DNA from: Octopus vulgaris
Lineage: Eukaryota
Length of the DNA stretch: 64,000 nucleotides
Reading direction: 5' to 3'
Assembly (NCBI GenBank): GCA_951406725.2
Contig: OX597824.1
Coordinates: forward strand, 10,974,001 to 11,038,000
Of this stretch, positions 12,677 through 25,103 are shown piece by piece. The notes beneath the pieces are model-generated. The model saw only the letters and a program-made list of their open reading frames with translations, was not told the DNA's origin and made no database searches. A program made the translations under genes and the position numbers. Numbering within the stretch: position 1 is the first letter of the stretch; every line of letters begins with the position of its first letter.

Positions 12677-13189
12677 CTATAGAGTGTACTGGGTGCTTTT
12701 TATGTGACACTGGTACTATTAAGGTCCACCAAGCAACTTGCAAGACAAGACCACCCCTAAACTGAGTGGAGAGAAGTGGCTTTATGGTAGGTCATGGCTG
12801 AAGTATGATAGGGAGACAGAAACAGGTGTCTTCCACTAAGAAGATACATGACTACTCCAATTGGAAAAGAAAGAAGATGATGGGGAAGAGGAGTTACAGG
12901 AAGGTGAATATAAGTCACATGATCGGGTAAGTATGGTCATGTGAGCATGAAAGGAGAGGGTCTTAAAGATAGGACACATTTGACAATGCAATCCTGAACA
13001 TGCTCCAAGAAAGATGGGAAGATTCCAGCAGCAACAACTTTGATAACAGGTCTGCTCAGTCAGAGTTGACCTGGAACAAGACAACAGTGAAACCTTTTAA
13101 AGCAGTGCCCCATGCTGGGTCATCATCTTGAAGGGTTTTCATCTAACAAACTGACCCCGGTATTTATTTACTTTTTTTAAAAGTCTGGT

Positions 13190-13409
13190 CATTTCATTCA
13201 TTGTTCGACCGTGGTCGAGACAATGGAATTTACTATGTTACGCCAGACTTCACGGTCCATCATACCATTACGGAGGTCCCGTCACTGGATGCCTGTATCC
13301 CTGGAGATCACATCAGGATAGGAGAGTGTGCACCCTCTGGTATTGCAAGCAAATGACTTCCAGAGGAGAAGAGTAGAAATTACCTCGTTTTGTAGAGCTG
13401 AAAACGAGG
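13190..13409 (-). mobile_element. 5'-truncated RTE/RTE-X-like LINE 3' end, nested in a decayed SINE A
   Basis: 12-bp TSD taaaagtctggt (13178-13189, 13410-13421). Minus strand encodes ENEVISTLLLWK...TLSYPDVISRDTGI..DLRNGMMDREVWRNIV* with frameshifts, then a (TGAA)-like tail. Confidence 0.78.
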
Positions 13410-14106
13410 TAAAAGTCTGGTAGTTATTCTATCAGTCTCTATTGCCAAATTGCTAAGTTACGAGAACATAAATCAACACAGCACACACACACAAATATAT
13501 ACTTAGGCACAACAGGCTTCCACAGTTTCTGTCAACCAAATTCATTTACAAAGACATTGATCAGCTCAGAGCTATAGTAAAAGACACCCTAAGTGATGCA
13601 CAGTGGGACAGAACCCAAAACTATGTGGTAGCAAAGCAGGCTTCTTAACCACACAGCCATGCTTGTATCTGATGTACAGATATTTAAAACTGCTATGTCA
13701 ATCAGACTTGTATCCTTATCTATTTAGCCTTGGTGCAAAATAAAATTATATCCAGAAGGGGTTTTTTGGCAGTTAGGGATGAGGGTCAAAACAATCCCAC
13801 GGTCGTTTAACAATTCATCAAGATTTATCCACTCCTCCTCCTTCTCCCTGCAAACTGCGAATGGTAGTATTATAAATTATTTATTAAAATATAAACAAAT
13901 GTGTGTCTAGGCACAAACTTGTTGACATAATAGTACAAGGCTAACTGCTGAGCAATAATTCCTACAGTATCAATAGAGTGGTATTATTGTTAGCACCATC
14001 ATCATCGTTGCAATCATCTGCTTTTCATTGTGGTTGGAAGGGTTTTCTGAGACAGTGTTTAGCAGCTGATGTTCTTCGTGTCACAAACCTTTCTAGATGT
14101 CTCTAA

Positions 14107-14326
14107 CCCTTTCGTTACTGAATTTATTTTGAGATGCTCTGTGTTTCTTTCAATTATTTTAAATATAACAAAGAATTTAGGAAAATAACTTGGTTATCAT
14201 TCAGCTAGTGTTAGGAACATAAATTGTGGCTAAGGTTTGGTGGAAGATTTTAATTCAATACTTATGAAAACAAGACATTTTACCACAGAGCCAGAGCCGG
14301 TTTTGGCCGGGTTAGTAACAAAAGGG
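14107..14326. mobile_element. piggyBac-type MITE family D with CTAA target duplication
   Basis: CTAA|CCCTTTCGTTAC...GTAACAAAAGGG|CTAA. Confidence 0.88.
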
Positions 14327-15189
14327 CTAACAACACACAGAGACAATGTGTCACCTACTTTAAAATCACTAATATTATAGTAATTAAGAGCACTCTGTTG
14401 GTTATGACGAAGAGGGTCCCAGCTGATACAATCAACGGAACAGCCTGCTCGTTAAATTAATGTACAAGTGACTGAGCACTCCACAGACAAGTCTACCCCT
14501 AACATAGTTCTCAGGGAGATTCAGTGTGACACAGAATGTGACAAGGCCGGCCCTTTGAAATGCAGGTACAACACATTTTTGTCAGCTGAGTGGACTGGAG
14601 CAATGTGAAATAAAGTGTCTTGCTCAAGGACACAACGCATCGCCGGGAATTGAACTCACAACCTTACAATCGTGAACCACCCACTACACTCTCAGAGTGG
14701 TTGACGTTAGGAAGGGCATCCAGCTGTAGAAACTCTGCCAAATCAAGATTGGAGCCTGGTGCAGCCATCTGGTTCGCCAGTCCTCAGTCAAATCGTCCAA
14801 CCCATGCTAGCATGGAAAGCAGACGTTAAACGATGATGATGATGATGATAGACCTAGATACACTGAGTCTGAATAAAAATCTACAATGCCTTTGATGATC
14901 ATAGGACTACTCAATCAAAGTTGACCCGGGGCTAAATCTTAACAACACTAGCCTATGTGTGATATGACAGTGAAGACAAACACTAACTTGAGCAAGACTT
15001 GAGAAATGTTTCTGAATTGCAGATTGTGCACTTGCATGCATGTGAGTGGAGTGTTTAAGCATGCATGTGCACAAGCAAGGAGTGTGTATATGCGCCTGCA
15101 CAAGCGAAGTAGTGTGTGTGTGTATGTATGTATGTACCTACGGGTTCAAAGTGTGTAGGTATGCATGTGCCTGTGCATGCAAAGTAGTT

Positions 15190-16695
15190 AGTACATATGC
15201 AAAGTGTGTGTATTTATGTATGTGTGTGCCTACATATGCAAAGAAGTGTCTCTATTTGTATGCATACATATGCAAAAAAGTGTGTCTATGTGTGTGCCCA
15301 CATATGCAAAGAAGTGTGACTGCATGTGCCTACATGTGCCTACATATGCAAAAAGTGTGTCTATGTATGTGCCCACATATGCAAAAAGAAGTGTGGCTAT
15401 GTATGTGCCTACATATGCAAAGAAGTGTGTCTATGTGTATGCCCACATGTGCAAAGAAGTGTGACTGCATGTGCCTACATGTGCCTACATATGCAAAAAG
15501 TGTGTCTATGTATGTGCCCACATATGCAAAGAAGTGTGTCTATGTGTATGCCCACATGTGCAAAGTGTCTCTATGCGTGTGCCCACATATGCAAAGAAGT
15601 GTGCCAATGTGTATGCCCACATATGCAAAGAAGTGTGTTTATGTGTATGCCCACATGTGCAAAAAAGTGTGTCTATGTGTGTGCCCACATGTGCAAAGAA
15701 GTGTGTCTATATGTATGCCCACATATGCAAAGAAGTGTGTCTATGTGTATGCCCACATATGCAAAGAAGTGTGTCTATGTGTATGCCCACATATGCAAAG
15801 AAGTGTGTCTATGTGTATGCCCACATGTGCAAAAAAGTGTGTCTATGTGTGTGCCCACATGTGCAAAGAAGTGTGTCTATGTGTATGCCCACATATGCAA
15901 AGAAGTGTGACTGTGCCTACATATGCAAAGAAGTGCATCTATGTATGTGCCCACATATGCAAAAAGAAGTGTGGCTATGTATGTGCCTACATATGCAAAA
16001 AGAAGTGTGGCTATGTATGTGCCTACATATGCAAAGTGTGTCTATGTGTATGCCTACATATGTAAAGAAGTGTGTCTATGTGTATACCCACATGTGCAAA
16101 GAAGTGTGTCTATGTGTATACCCACATGTGCAAAGAAGTGTGTCTATGTGTATACCCACATGTGCAAAGAAGTGTGTCTATGTGTATGCCCACATGTGCA
16201 AAGAAGTGTGACTGTATGTGCCTACATATGCAAAAAGAAGTGTGTCTATGTATGTGCCTACATATGCAAAGTTTGTCTATGTGTATGCCCACATATGCAA
16301 AGAAGTGTGACTGTGCCTACATATGCAAAGAAGTGCATCTATGTATGTGCCCACATATGCAAAAAGAAGTGTGTCTATGTATGTGCCTACATATGCAAAG
16401 TGTGTCTATGTGTATGCCCACATATGCAAAAAAGTGTGTCTATGTGTATGCCCACATATGCAAAAAAGTGTGTATGTGTGTGCCCACATATGCAAAGAAG
16501 TATCTCTATGTGTATGCCCACATATGCAAAGAAGTTTCTATCTGTATGCCCACATATGCAAAGAAGTGTGTCTAAGTAAGTGCCAGCGCATGCAAAGACA
16601 TGTGACTATGTGTCTGCGCATGCAAAGACGTGTGACTATGTATGTGCCTACACATGCAAAGAAGTGTGTCAATGTATGAGCCCACCTATGCAAAG
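15190..16695. repeat. ~34-bp minisatellite (gtgtgtctatgtgtatgcccacatatgcaaagaa)n, about 1.5 kb
   Basis: Period of 34 measured directly (acatat at 15721 and 15755); variant units; decayed edges. Confidence 0.95.
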
Positions 16696-17669
16696 ACAAA
16701 AGTGAAAGTATGTGCGTTCATAATTATTCATGTTGAGAAAGTAGACAAGAAATAACCCACATTAGTAAGTATAACCTGTAAATTTGATGTGGGTTGCATT
16801 TATTGAAGCTTGACTTAAAGGTAGGCTTGAAAGTGTGCTACGTTTTGTTTCAGAGGTCATATTGGCCATTTATCTTATATGTTTATCTGTTGGTTTATAG
16901 TCATTCGACTCCATGCGTACACTCACACACAAACGCACACACAAAAGAGCAGAAACACAATCCATAAAAACACACACAAACAATTACGCGTACAAAAAGG
17001 AAAAGAAAGTGAAATACGCATAAACTATTTAGTTCACTGCTCTATTAAACATATATACATATATGCACTCCTCTATTCATCTATACAGTCAACAGAAAGG
17101 CTATCAAAGCCCACCAAGGATCCAGCTACTGATACAATACACTAAGAGGGTATCAGATTAGAAGCACTAAGCAGTAAGACTTCCATACTGTTCACATTCG
17201 TACAGGAGTAAACTAAAATGCTGTGGTGCATTACAGCACAGTGTAGTAGTGGTGTAGTTATTACCTAGTGTAGTTGTTGTTTAGTGTAGTAGTAGCTGTT
17301 GTTGTTGTTGTTTAGAAGTAGGTCAACTCTCACCAAGCGAATAAACGATCAAAGGAATTCCCGACAGGTTTTGAAAGGAGGGTGTACATAGGACTACATT
17401 GTCTATTGTGTTCTGTTGCCATTTCGTATACAAGCTGTCAGAGTGCAATTTGTGGGAGATCAGGCTGCTACCTCTAACAAATCAGGCAACCACATATAGG
17501 CTCTTTGTTGGCTCGTATGGTGTACTTGTAATGCTGTATGGTGTGGTGTGAAAGTCAGGTGTTTATTCTATTGGTCTCTTTTGCTGAATTGCTAAGTTAC
17601 AAGAGACAGAAAGCAACACTGGTTGCCAGACAATATGGGAGGAGGTGGTGGACACACACACACATACAT

Positions 17670-17925
17670 ATCATCCTCATTTAATGTCTGCTTTCCATGC
17701 TAGCATGGGTTGGACGGTTTGACTGAGGACTGGCAAGCCAGGAGGCTGCACCAGGCCCAGTCTGATCTGGCAGAGTTTCTACAGCTGGATGTCCTTCCTA
17801 ACGCCAACCACTCAGTGAGTGCAGTGGGTGTTTTTTATGTGCCACTGGCACGGGTGCCAGTCAGGCAGTACTGGCATTGACCATGCTCGAATGGCGCTTT
17901 TTATGTGCCACCGGTATAGGAGCCA
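17670..17925 (-). mobile_element. RTE-LINE 3' tail fragment (family C)
   Basis: Reverse complement of the 3' UTR of the adjacent RTE. Confidence 0.8.
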
Positions 17926-17967
17926 ATATATATATGTATATGTGTGTGTGTATGTATATGAACAGCC

Positions 17968-18997
17968 ATGTGTGTACGAACAGCCATGCTACATGGCAGT
18001 GAAACATGGGCCGTGACTGCTGAGGATATGCGTAAGCTCGCTAGAAATGAAGCCAGTATGCTCCGATGGATGTGTAATGCCAGTACTCACACTCGGCAGA
18101 GTGTAAGTACCTTGAGAGAAAAGCTGGACCTAAGAAGCATCAGTTGTGGTGTGCAAGAGAGACGTTTGCGCTGGTATGGTCATGTGGCGAGAATGGATGA
18201 AGATAGTTGTGTGAAAAAGTGCCACACCCTAGCGGTTGAGGGAACCTGTGGAAGAGGCAGACCCAGGAAAACCTGGGACGAGGTGGTGAAGCACGACCTT
18301 CGAACTTTAGGTCTCACCGAGGAAATGACTAGAGACCGAGACCTCTGGAAGTGTGCTGTGCGCGAGAAGACCCGGCAGGACAAGTGAGTCCACAACCCGT
18401 GGCCTTCTACATGGGATGGAGCCAGCCTACGTATGCATACCTTCCCTTCTTGGGACACAAAACTCTACTTGTGAAGACGTGTTGAGGCAAGTGAGGATCA
18501 GAATCGAAATCGATCAATGGAAATTGCGGATGTGCTACCAGTGCCGGTGGCATGTCGAAACTCTGCTTGTGAAGACCCATTGAGGCAAGTGAGGATCAGA
18601 ATCGAAATCGATCAATGGAAATCGATCAATGGAAATTGCAGATGTGTTACCAGTGCCGGTGGCATGTAAGAGAACCTTCCGTTTCGCGACCGTTGCCAGC
18701 ACCGCCCCGTTTCGTGTTCGTTGCCAGCCTCGCCTGGCCCTCGTGCCGGTGGCACATAAAAACACCATCCGTTCGTGGCCGTTTGCCAGCTCTGGCTGGC
18801 ACCAGTGCGGGTGGCACGTAAAAAGCACCCACTACACTCACGGAGTGGTTGGCGTTAGGAAGGGCATCCAGCCGTAGAAACACTGCCAGATTTGACTGGG
18901 CCTGATGAAGCCTTCTGGCTTCACAGACCCCAGCAGAACCGTCCAACCCATGCTAGCATGGAAAACGGACGCTAAATGATGATGATGATGATGATGA
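17968..18997 (+). mobile_element. 5'-truncated RTE-clade LINE: ORF C-terminus (17968-18387) + 3' UTR + (TGA)n tail
   Basis: Motifs LHGSETW, RRLRWYGHVARM, GRGRPRKTW and DRDLWK typical of the RTE ORF C-terminal region; uninterrupted 139 aa. Confidence 0.92.
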
Positions 18998-19009
18998 TAT
19001 ATATATATA

Positions 19010-20015
19010 TGGCAGTGAAACATGGGTTGTGACCACTGAGGACATGCATAGACTTGAAAGAAATGAAGCTAATATGCTTCACTGGATGTGCAACGTCTGT
19101 GCACGTACGTTAGAGTGTTAGCATCTTGAGAGAAAAGTTGGGCATAAGAGGCATCAGATGTGGTGTGCAAGAGAGAGGACTGCACTGGTACAGTCATGTG
19201 ATGTGTATGGACAAGGACAGCTGAGTAAAGAAGTTCTGATCTCTAACTGTGGAAGAGGTAGACCCAGGAAGACATGGGATGAGGTGGTGAAGTATGATCT
19301 TCACACGTTGGGCCTCAGAGAGATGATGACAAGTGACCAAGACCTCTGGCAATACGCTGTGCATGAAAAGACTTCTCAGGACAAGTAGTTGTGGTCATTG
19401 CCAATGCCACGTAAATGGTACCCATGCATCGTAGTCATGGTCACTACTGGCACCATGTAATTGACACCTATGCATCGGAGTCCTGATTGTTGATGATACC
19501 CATGTAAATGGCACCTGTGAATTCTAGCGAGGTCATTGCCAGTACCGCCTGACTGGCCCCTGTGCTGGTGGCATGTAAAAAGCACCCACTACATTCTCGG
19601 AGTGGTTGGCGTTAGGAAGGACATTCAGGACTGGAGCCTGGTGCAGCCATTTGGTTCGCTAGCCCTCAGTCAAAATCGTCCAACCCATGCCAGCATGGAA
19701 AGCAGACGTTAAACCATGATGATGATGATGATGTTGTTGCTGGCGTCATATAAATGGCACCTGTGCACCATAGTCTTGGTCATTGACAGTACCATGCAAA
19801 TGGCACATGGGAATCATAGCCATGGTTGTTGCCAGTGTCATGTAAGTAGCACATAAAAGAGCACCCATTACACTCCTGAGTGGTTGGTATTAGGAAGGGC
19901 ATCCAACTGTAGAAACCATGTCAAATCAGACTGGAACCTGGTGCAGCTCATCAGCTCCAATCAAACCATCTAACCCATGCCAGCATGGAGCGCAGACATT
20001 AAATGAGGATGATGA
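19010..20015 (+). mobile_element. Second, degenerate RTE LINE fragment plus two further 3' tails
   Basis: GSETW...CGRGRPRKTWDEVVKYDL with frameshifts; (TGA)n tails at about 19730 and 20015. Confidence 0.85.
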
Positions 20016-20117
20016 TATATGACAGGAGGTGACAAGTTCAAAAGGAAGCCATATCCAGCCACTTAGAATAAGGCATTGAACGACTCAGAATCTGAGAGTG
20101 AATGAAAAATATTTAAG

Positions 20118-20312
20118 GAACGTTAGCACGCCGGGCGAAATGCTTAGTGGTATTTCATCTGTCTTTACGTTCTGAGTTCAAATTCTGCCGAGGTCGACTT
20201 TGCCTTTCATCCTTTCAGGATTGATAAAATTAAGTACCAGTTACGTACTGGGTTCGATCTAATCGACTGGCTTCGTCCATCAAAATTTCAGGCCTTGTGC
20301 CTATAGTAGAAA
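20118..20312 (+). mobile_element. SINE family B
   Basis: tRNA-like head, central domain, ccttgtgcctatagtaga tail. Confidence 0.85.
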
Positions 20313-20331
20313 AAAATAACTAACATTTTTA

Positions 20332-20491
20332 AGGTGCAGGAGTGACTGTGTGGTAAATAGCTTGCTTACTAACCACCTGGTCCCGGGTTCACTCCCACTG
20401 CGTGGCACCTTGAGCAAGTGTCTTTTACTACAGCCTCGAGCCGACCAAAGCCTTGTGAGTGGATTTGGTAGACAGAAACTGGAAGAAGCCC

Positions 20492-20536
<45 letters not shown>

Positions 20537-20738
20537 TGTGTTTCTATTTGTCCCCCCAGCATTACTTGACAACTGATGCTGATGTGTTTACATCCCCCGT
20601 AACTTAGCAGTTCGGCAAAAGAGACTGATAGAAAAAGTACTAGGATTACAAAGAATAAACTCTAGGGTCAAATTGCTCGACTTTAAAGGCGGTGCTCCAG
20701 CATGGCCGCAGTCAAATGACTGAAACAAGTAAAAGAGT
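20332..20738 (+). mobile_element. SINE family A
   Basis: Head, (TA)n, body and tail. Confidence 0.88.
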
Positions 20739-21010
20739 TTTAGAATACATATTCTGTCAGACAACGATTATGTGTTATAACCAATGCACGTACATACACA
20801 CACACACAAACACAAATGTCAGGCTTCCATACAGTATTGGTTGACCCAGGGCTATGGTAGAAGACTCTTGTCCAAGGTGATGTGCAGAGGACTGAACTCA
20901 AAAACATATGATTGAAAGCAAGCTTGCTAATCACACGACCATGTCTACACTTATGATAAAGAAAGTAAATTATTAAAAAAATGCAGCAGAAGCAAAGCTG
21001 CCCTACTTAC

Positions 21011-21102
21011 CCTGCAGGGTAGGCAATAGCTCCAGTATTTGGGTCACATGTCAGTCCTGCTGTTGAACTAATGGTTAATCCTAATACTTTCTCCAAAGTA
21101 AC
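21011..21102 (-). CDS. MAPKBP1: 92-nt coding exon of WDR62/MAPKBP1-family protein (N-terminal WD40 region)
   Basis: Acceptor tttttAG, donor GTAAGT. Translates [31 protein letters not shown], close to recalled human MAPKBP1 [31 protein letters not shown] and WDR62 [21 protein letters not shown]. Joins in frame (phase 2) to exon 1-48. Confidence 0.93.
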
Positions 21103-22075
21103 CTAAAAATAAAAAATAAGCATTTAAATATTAAAAATAAAAAACAAAATAAATATTGATTTCTTTGAATGCAACAATATTTGGAATCTTTTTGAATTGG
21201 AAAATATTAATATTTTATTATCAATTAAAGAAATGAATATTATCGATATATAAGGAAATCAATATTGAACAAAAAATAATTACATACACCCAATTACAGA
21301 AACAATATTTTAAATTATTTCTTTTATTGTAATTAATATTTTTATTATTAAAGCAGTGAACAGGGAGAATTATTAGCATGTCAGACAAAATGCTTAGCAG
21401 CAATTCTCTTTACATTCTGAGCTCAAAACTTACTGAGGCCAAGTTTGCCTTTCATCCTTTTGGGGGTCAATAAAATGATGCAGCAGTCAAGCACTGGGTT
21501 GATGTAATCAACTTCCACCCACCTTCCCTAAAAACTGCTGGCTTTGTGCCAAAATTAGAAAGGACTACTACTACTTAAAAAAAGGTAATGGGTGGCAGAA
21601 GAGGGAGAGCACTAGATATTTAGACATATTGCTTTATATACTGAGTTCAAAACCAGCCAGATCCCATCTTGCCTTCTATCATTCGAAAGTCAATTATTAC
21701 ATACCGACGGGAATAGACAGTATCAGACAAGATACCTTGCAGTATTTAATTATAGCCCCTTACATTCTGAGTTCAAATCCTACCAGGGCCAACATTACCT
21801 TTCAACCTTCCAAGCTTGATAAAAAAAAAAATCAAAGTATTTTAATAGATTAACCCTTCTTCAACAAATTTGCAGTCATGAGTCTATGTTATTATTGATC
21901 CAAAAAGCAAAGTTGAACAAGATCATACTTGCTAAGTTCCAAGTTCAAATACCACCTAGATTAACTTTGCCTTTCAGGGATAATAAAAAGGAGTACCAGC
22001 CAATTAGTAAAGTTAATTATTGCCTCACCCCCACCCCCACCCCATACACACACATCCAAATTCCTATGTAAGAAA

Positions 22076-22275
22076 TTATTAATATCCCTGTCTTAGCAAC
22101 GGCGGAGGTATTGTTTTCAGTCGTGTTTGTTTGTTTGTTTGTCCGTGGACAAGATATCTCAAGAACCACTAGATGGATTTGGATGAAACTTTCAAGGATG
22201 TTTGGCCCCGTGACTGACACAAACTGATTAGATTTTGGGATCAATCCAGTACCAGACAAAGATCCTGGATTATTT
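22076..22275 (+). mobile_element. Helentron/HINE (DINE-1-like) non-autonomous element fragment
   Basis: ggcggaggtattgttttc + (GTTT)n + gatttggatgaaact layout typical of HINE-type elements. Confidence 0.55.
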
Positions 22276-22940
22276 GTTATATTTACTTTACTTTACATGA
22301 TTATGATCTTATGTTCACTTTCAAGTCTTTCTTAATTATCTCCTTCAGGCTGTTTCCAAAGTTATATTTTCATTTCTCTATTAAATGAGGAGTAAGGAAA
22401 TTTCACTGCCACTAGAAATTTAAACCAGCAACAGTCTGTGTACCACCAGTCATAAAAGGAAATTGAAGTTGCTTCTGCAGTTAACAGAGTATTTAGTACA
22501 TGAGGTCCTTCTCCATCTACACTTTGCCTACCAAAGGTAATGTTGGGTATTAGCCACAATAATTTTACTAGTTCAAAAGGACCTGCAAAGAACATGGTTT
22601 CTGACCCTCCTAATCTGACAAATTTATACAGAAATAAAATAATTATCCTGATATGATAATTTTATAGGTTTATGTGTGTACAACAACAATTCAGTGTGTA
22701 TATGAGTGAGAGAGAGAGAGAGAGTTCTAGATATGGAATGAGAGAATAAATTATATATGATACAGATATAATCTGGGTAGGAATACAAATAATTTGAAAA
22801 AGCTTGTGTCACAGTTTTTTGGGGGTTTTTTCAGATCTACTTGAGATATTTGTAATGCTTATATTTAATGATACACTGACCAGAAATAGCGATCATTATG
22901 AGGAATTAAAGTTGTTTACATTAAAAAATGCATAACTCCC

Positions 22941-22976
<36 letters not shown>

Positions 22977-23446
22977 TTATCTGCCAGATCAGATTGGAGC
23001 CTGGTGCAGCCATCTGGTTCGCCAGTCCTCAGTCAAATCGTCCAACCCATGCTAGCATGGAAAGAGGACGTTAAATGATGATGATGATGATATAAAGAGA
23101 GAAGTAGCAATAACAACAACAATGGCATCAAAGAGAGAAAAGAAGAAAGAGAGATAGTCAGACAGATATCATCAATTTATGTCCATTTTACAATGCTGCC
23201 ATGGGCTAGAAGTGTCATCACAAACCAAATAAGTTCTCATTTGAAGTTAGCACTCTCCTAGACAAATTAGGACCATATCTCACTCGTACATTACATTTTT
23301 GGCATGGTTTATTTGTATGAAAGCCATTCCTATCACCAATCACTTTACTGAGTACCAGCAATGGCGACTGTCATGTTCCTGGTAAAACTCAAGACCTCTC
23401 TACCCTTCATTGTTTCCATTCATTTGACAGTTACTTTATAGATAGT

Positions 23447-23781
23447 GAGACCCCCTTCGGTCACGACTGACCATGGGATTGCACCTAGAAAGTTACCCTC
23501 CCAGGCACAAGTCCAGGGCAAGGTTGTTTATGGAAGACCAGCAGTCGCCCATGCATACCAGCCTCCTCTCTCCACGCCACCAGTGTTATCCAAGGGAAAG
23601 GCAAAGGGGCTGATATAGCTTGGCACCTGTAACGTCGCAACTCATTTCTACAGCTGAGTGAACTGGAGCAACATGAAATAAAGTGTCTTGCTCAAGAACA
23701 CAACACACAGCCCGGTCCGGGATTCGAACTCACAACCTCACGATCATAAGCTTGACACTAACCACTGAGCGATGCACCTTC
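23447..23781 (-). mobile_element. SINE with family F head/domain and a different 3' tail
   Basis: 14-bp TSD actttatagatagt (23433-23446, 23782-23795); gttcgaatcc B box on the minus strand. Confidence 0.88.
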
Positions 23782-24684
23782 ACTTTATAGATAGTACTGA
23801 GTGCATTTCATCACTGCACCAGACTTAGAGACTTTTTTTTTGTCCTCCCAGCAGGACTAAAAGACTCCTGCCTACCCTATGTTGTTTCCATTTGTTCATT
23901 CATTCACCAATGCAAAAGTATTGTTTCATGAAACAGACAGAAGAGAGTTAGGGTGAGAGTAATAGAAGAGAAAGAGTAATGGAAAAGAATGAGAGAGGCA
24001 GTCAGGAGCCAGATGGTGACAGAGGAGAAAGTGAGACAACAATATGATGATTGTAAGGAGATTGATTAAAAATAGCCTGAGCAGTGAAATAGGAGGACAA
24101 GAAAGTGATATGAGGAAGTACCAAAAGATCATGAGAATGATAGGAGAAAAAGTGTATGGTGAAGGAGTGAGAGAGAGTGAGAGCTAGAAGAAGAGTGTGT
24201 GAGAGAGGTGAAGTAGAAAAGAGAGAGAGGGAAAGAGACTGAAAGATGTCAGTAATGAGTGAAAAGAATGCAAGAGGGAGCAGTGGATAGCAATAAAGAT
24301 GAATGAATGGTAAGGGAATGGGAGTGATGGCTGTCAAGGAGTGATTGGAAAGGGAGCAAAAAGCTAGCAATAAAGAAGGGTTAATGCTAAAGGAAAGATT
24401 GATTACAGACAAAGCCAATGCAATACTATATCTCTCATTAGACAAGTGATATGATGGGGGCACACAAATAGGAAAGGAGGTGAATGGGAGAAGTGAGAGT
24501 AACAAAGAAAGGGAGATATACGAACATATTGGCTGAAAGAGGCTTAACTGTAGGTATTACATATAACCCACTCTATTATCATCATTGTTTTATTGTTCAT
24601 GTTTCCATGGGTTGTATACAGAGCCTTTCCAGCACTTTGCTACATTAAGCCACAAGAAGCTTAGCCTCTTGAGATCAGCCTTAA

Positions 24685-25103
24685 CCTATTTCTTTACTAC
24701 CCACAAGGGGCTACACACAGAGGGGACAAACAAGGATAGACAAATGGATTAAGTCGATTACATCGACCCCAGTACGTAACTGGCACTTAATTTATCGACT
24801 GCGAAAGGATGAACGGCAAAGTTGACCTCGGCGGAATTTGAACTCAGAACGTAATGGTAGACAAAATACCTATTTCTTTATTACCCACAAGGGGCTAAAC
24901 AGAGAGGGGACAAACAAGGACAGACAAACGGATTAAGTTGATTACATCGACCCCAGTGCATAACTGGTACTTATCTAATCGACCCTGAGAGGATGAAAGG
25001 CAAAGTCGACCTCAGTGGAATTTGAACTCAGAATGTAACGGCAGACGAAATACCGCTAAGCATTTTGCCCAGCGTGCTAACGTTTCTGCCAGCTCGCCAC
25101 CTT
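24685..25103 (-). mobile_element. Tandem dimer of SINE family B nested in a decayed RTE fragment (about 24600-25420)
   Basis: Two head-to-tail B bodies; flanking minus-strand GSRRPRKTWIEVV remnant. Confidence 0.85.

Noticed and set aside
15046-16679. Cys-rich ORFs up to 339 aa (metallothionein- or keratin-associated-like)
   Set aside because: All frames on both strands are open because the 34-bp unit lacks stops; the period is not a multiple of 3.
15190-16695. CRISPR-like array
   Set aside because: Units are head-to-tail with no unique spacers, there are no cas genes, and the context is eukaryotic.
17968-18387. Host protein-coding gene
   Set aside because: C-terminal fragment of an RTE retrotransposon ORF lacking the RT and endonuclease domains.
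23926-24505. Hydrophobic 167-aa ORF as a membrane protein
   Set aside because: Reverse strand of a GA-rich low-complexity tract; no motif or splice support.
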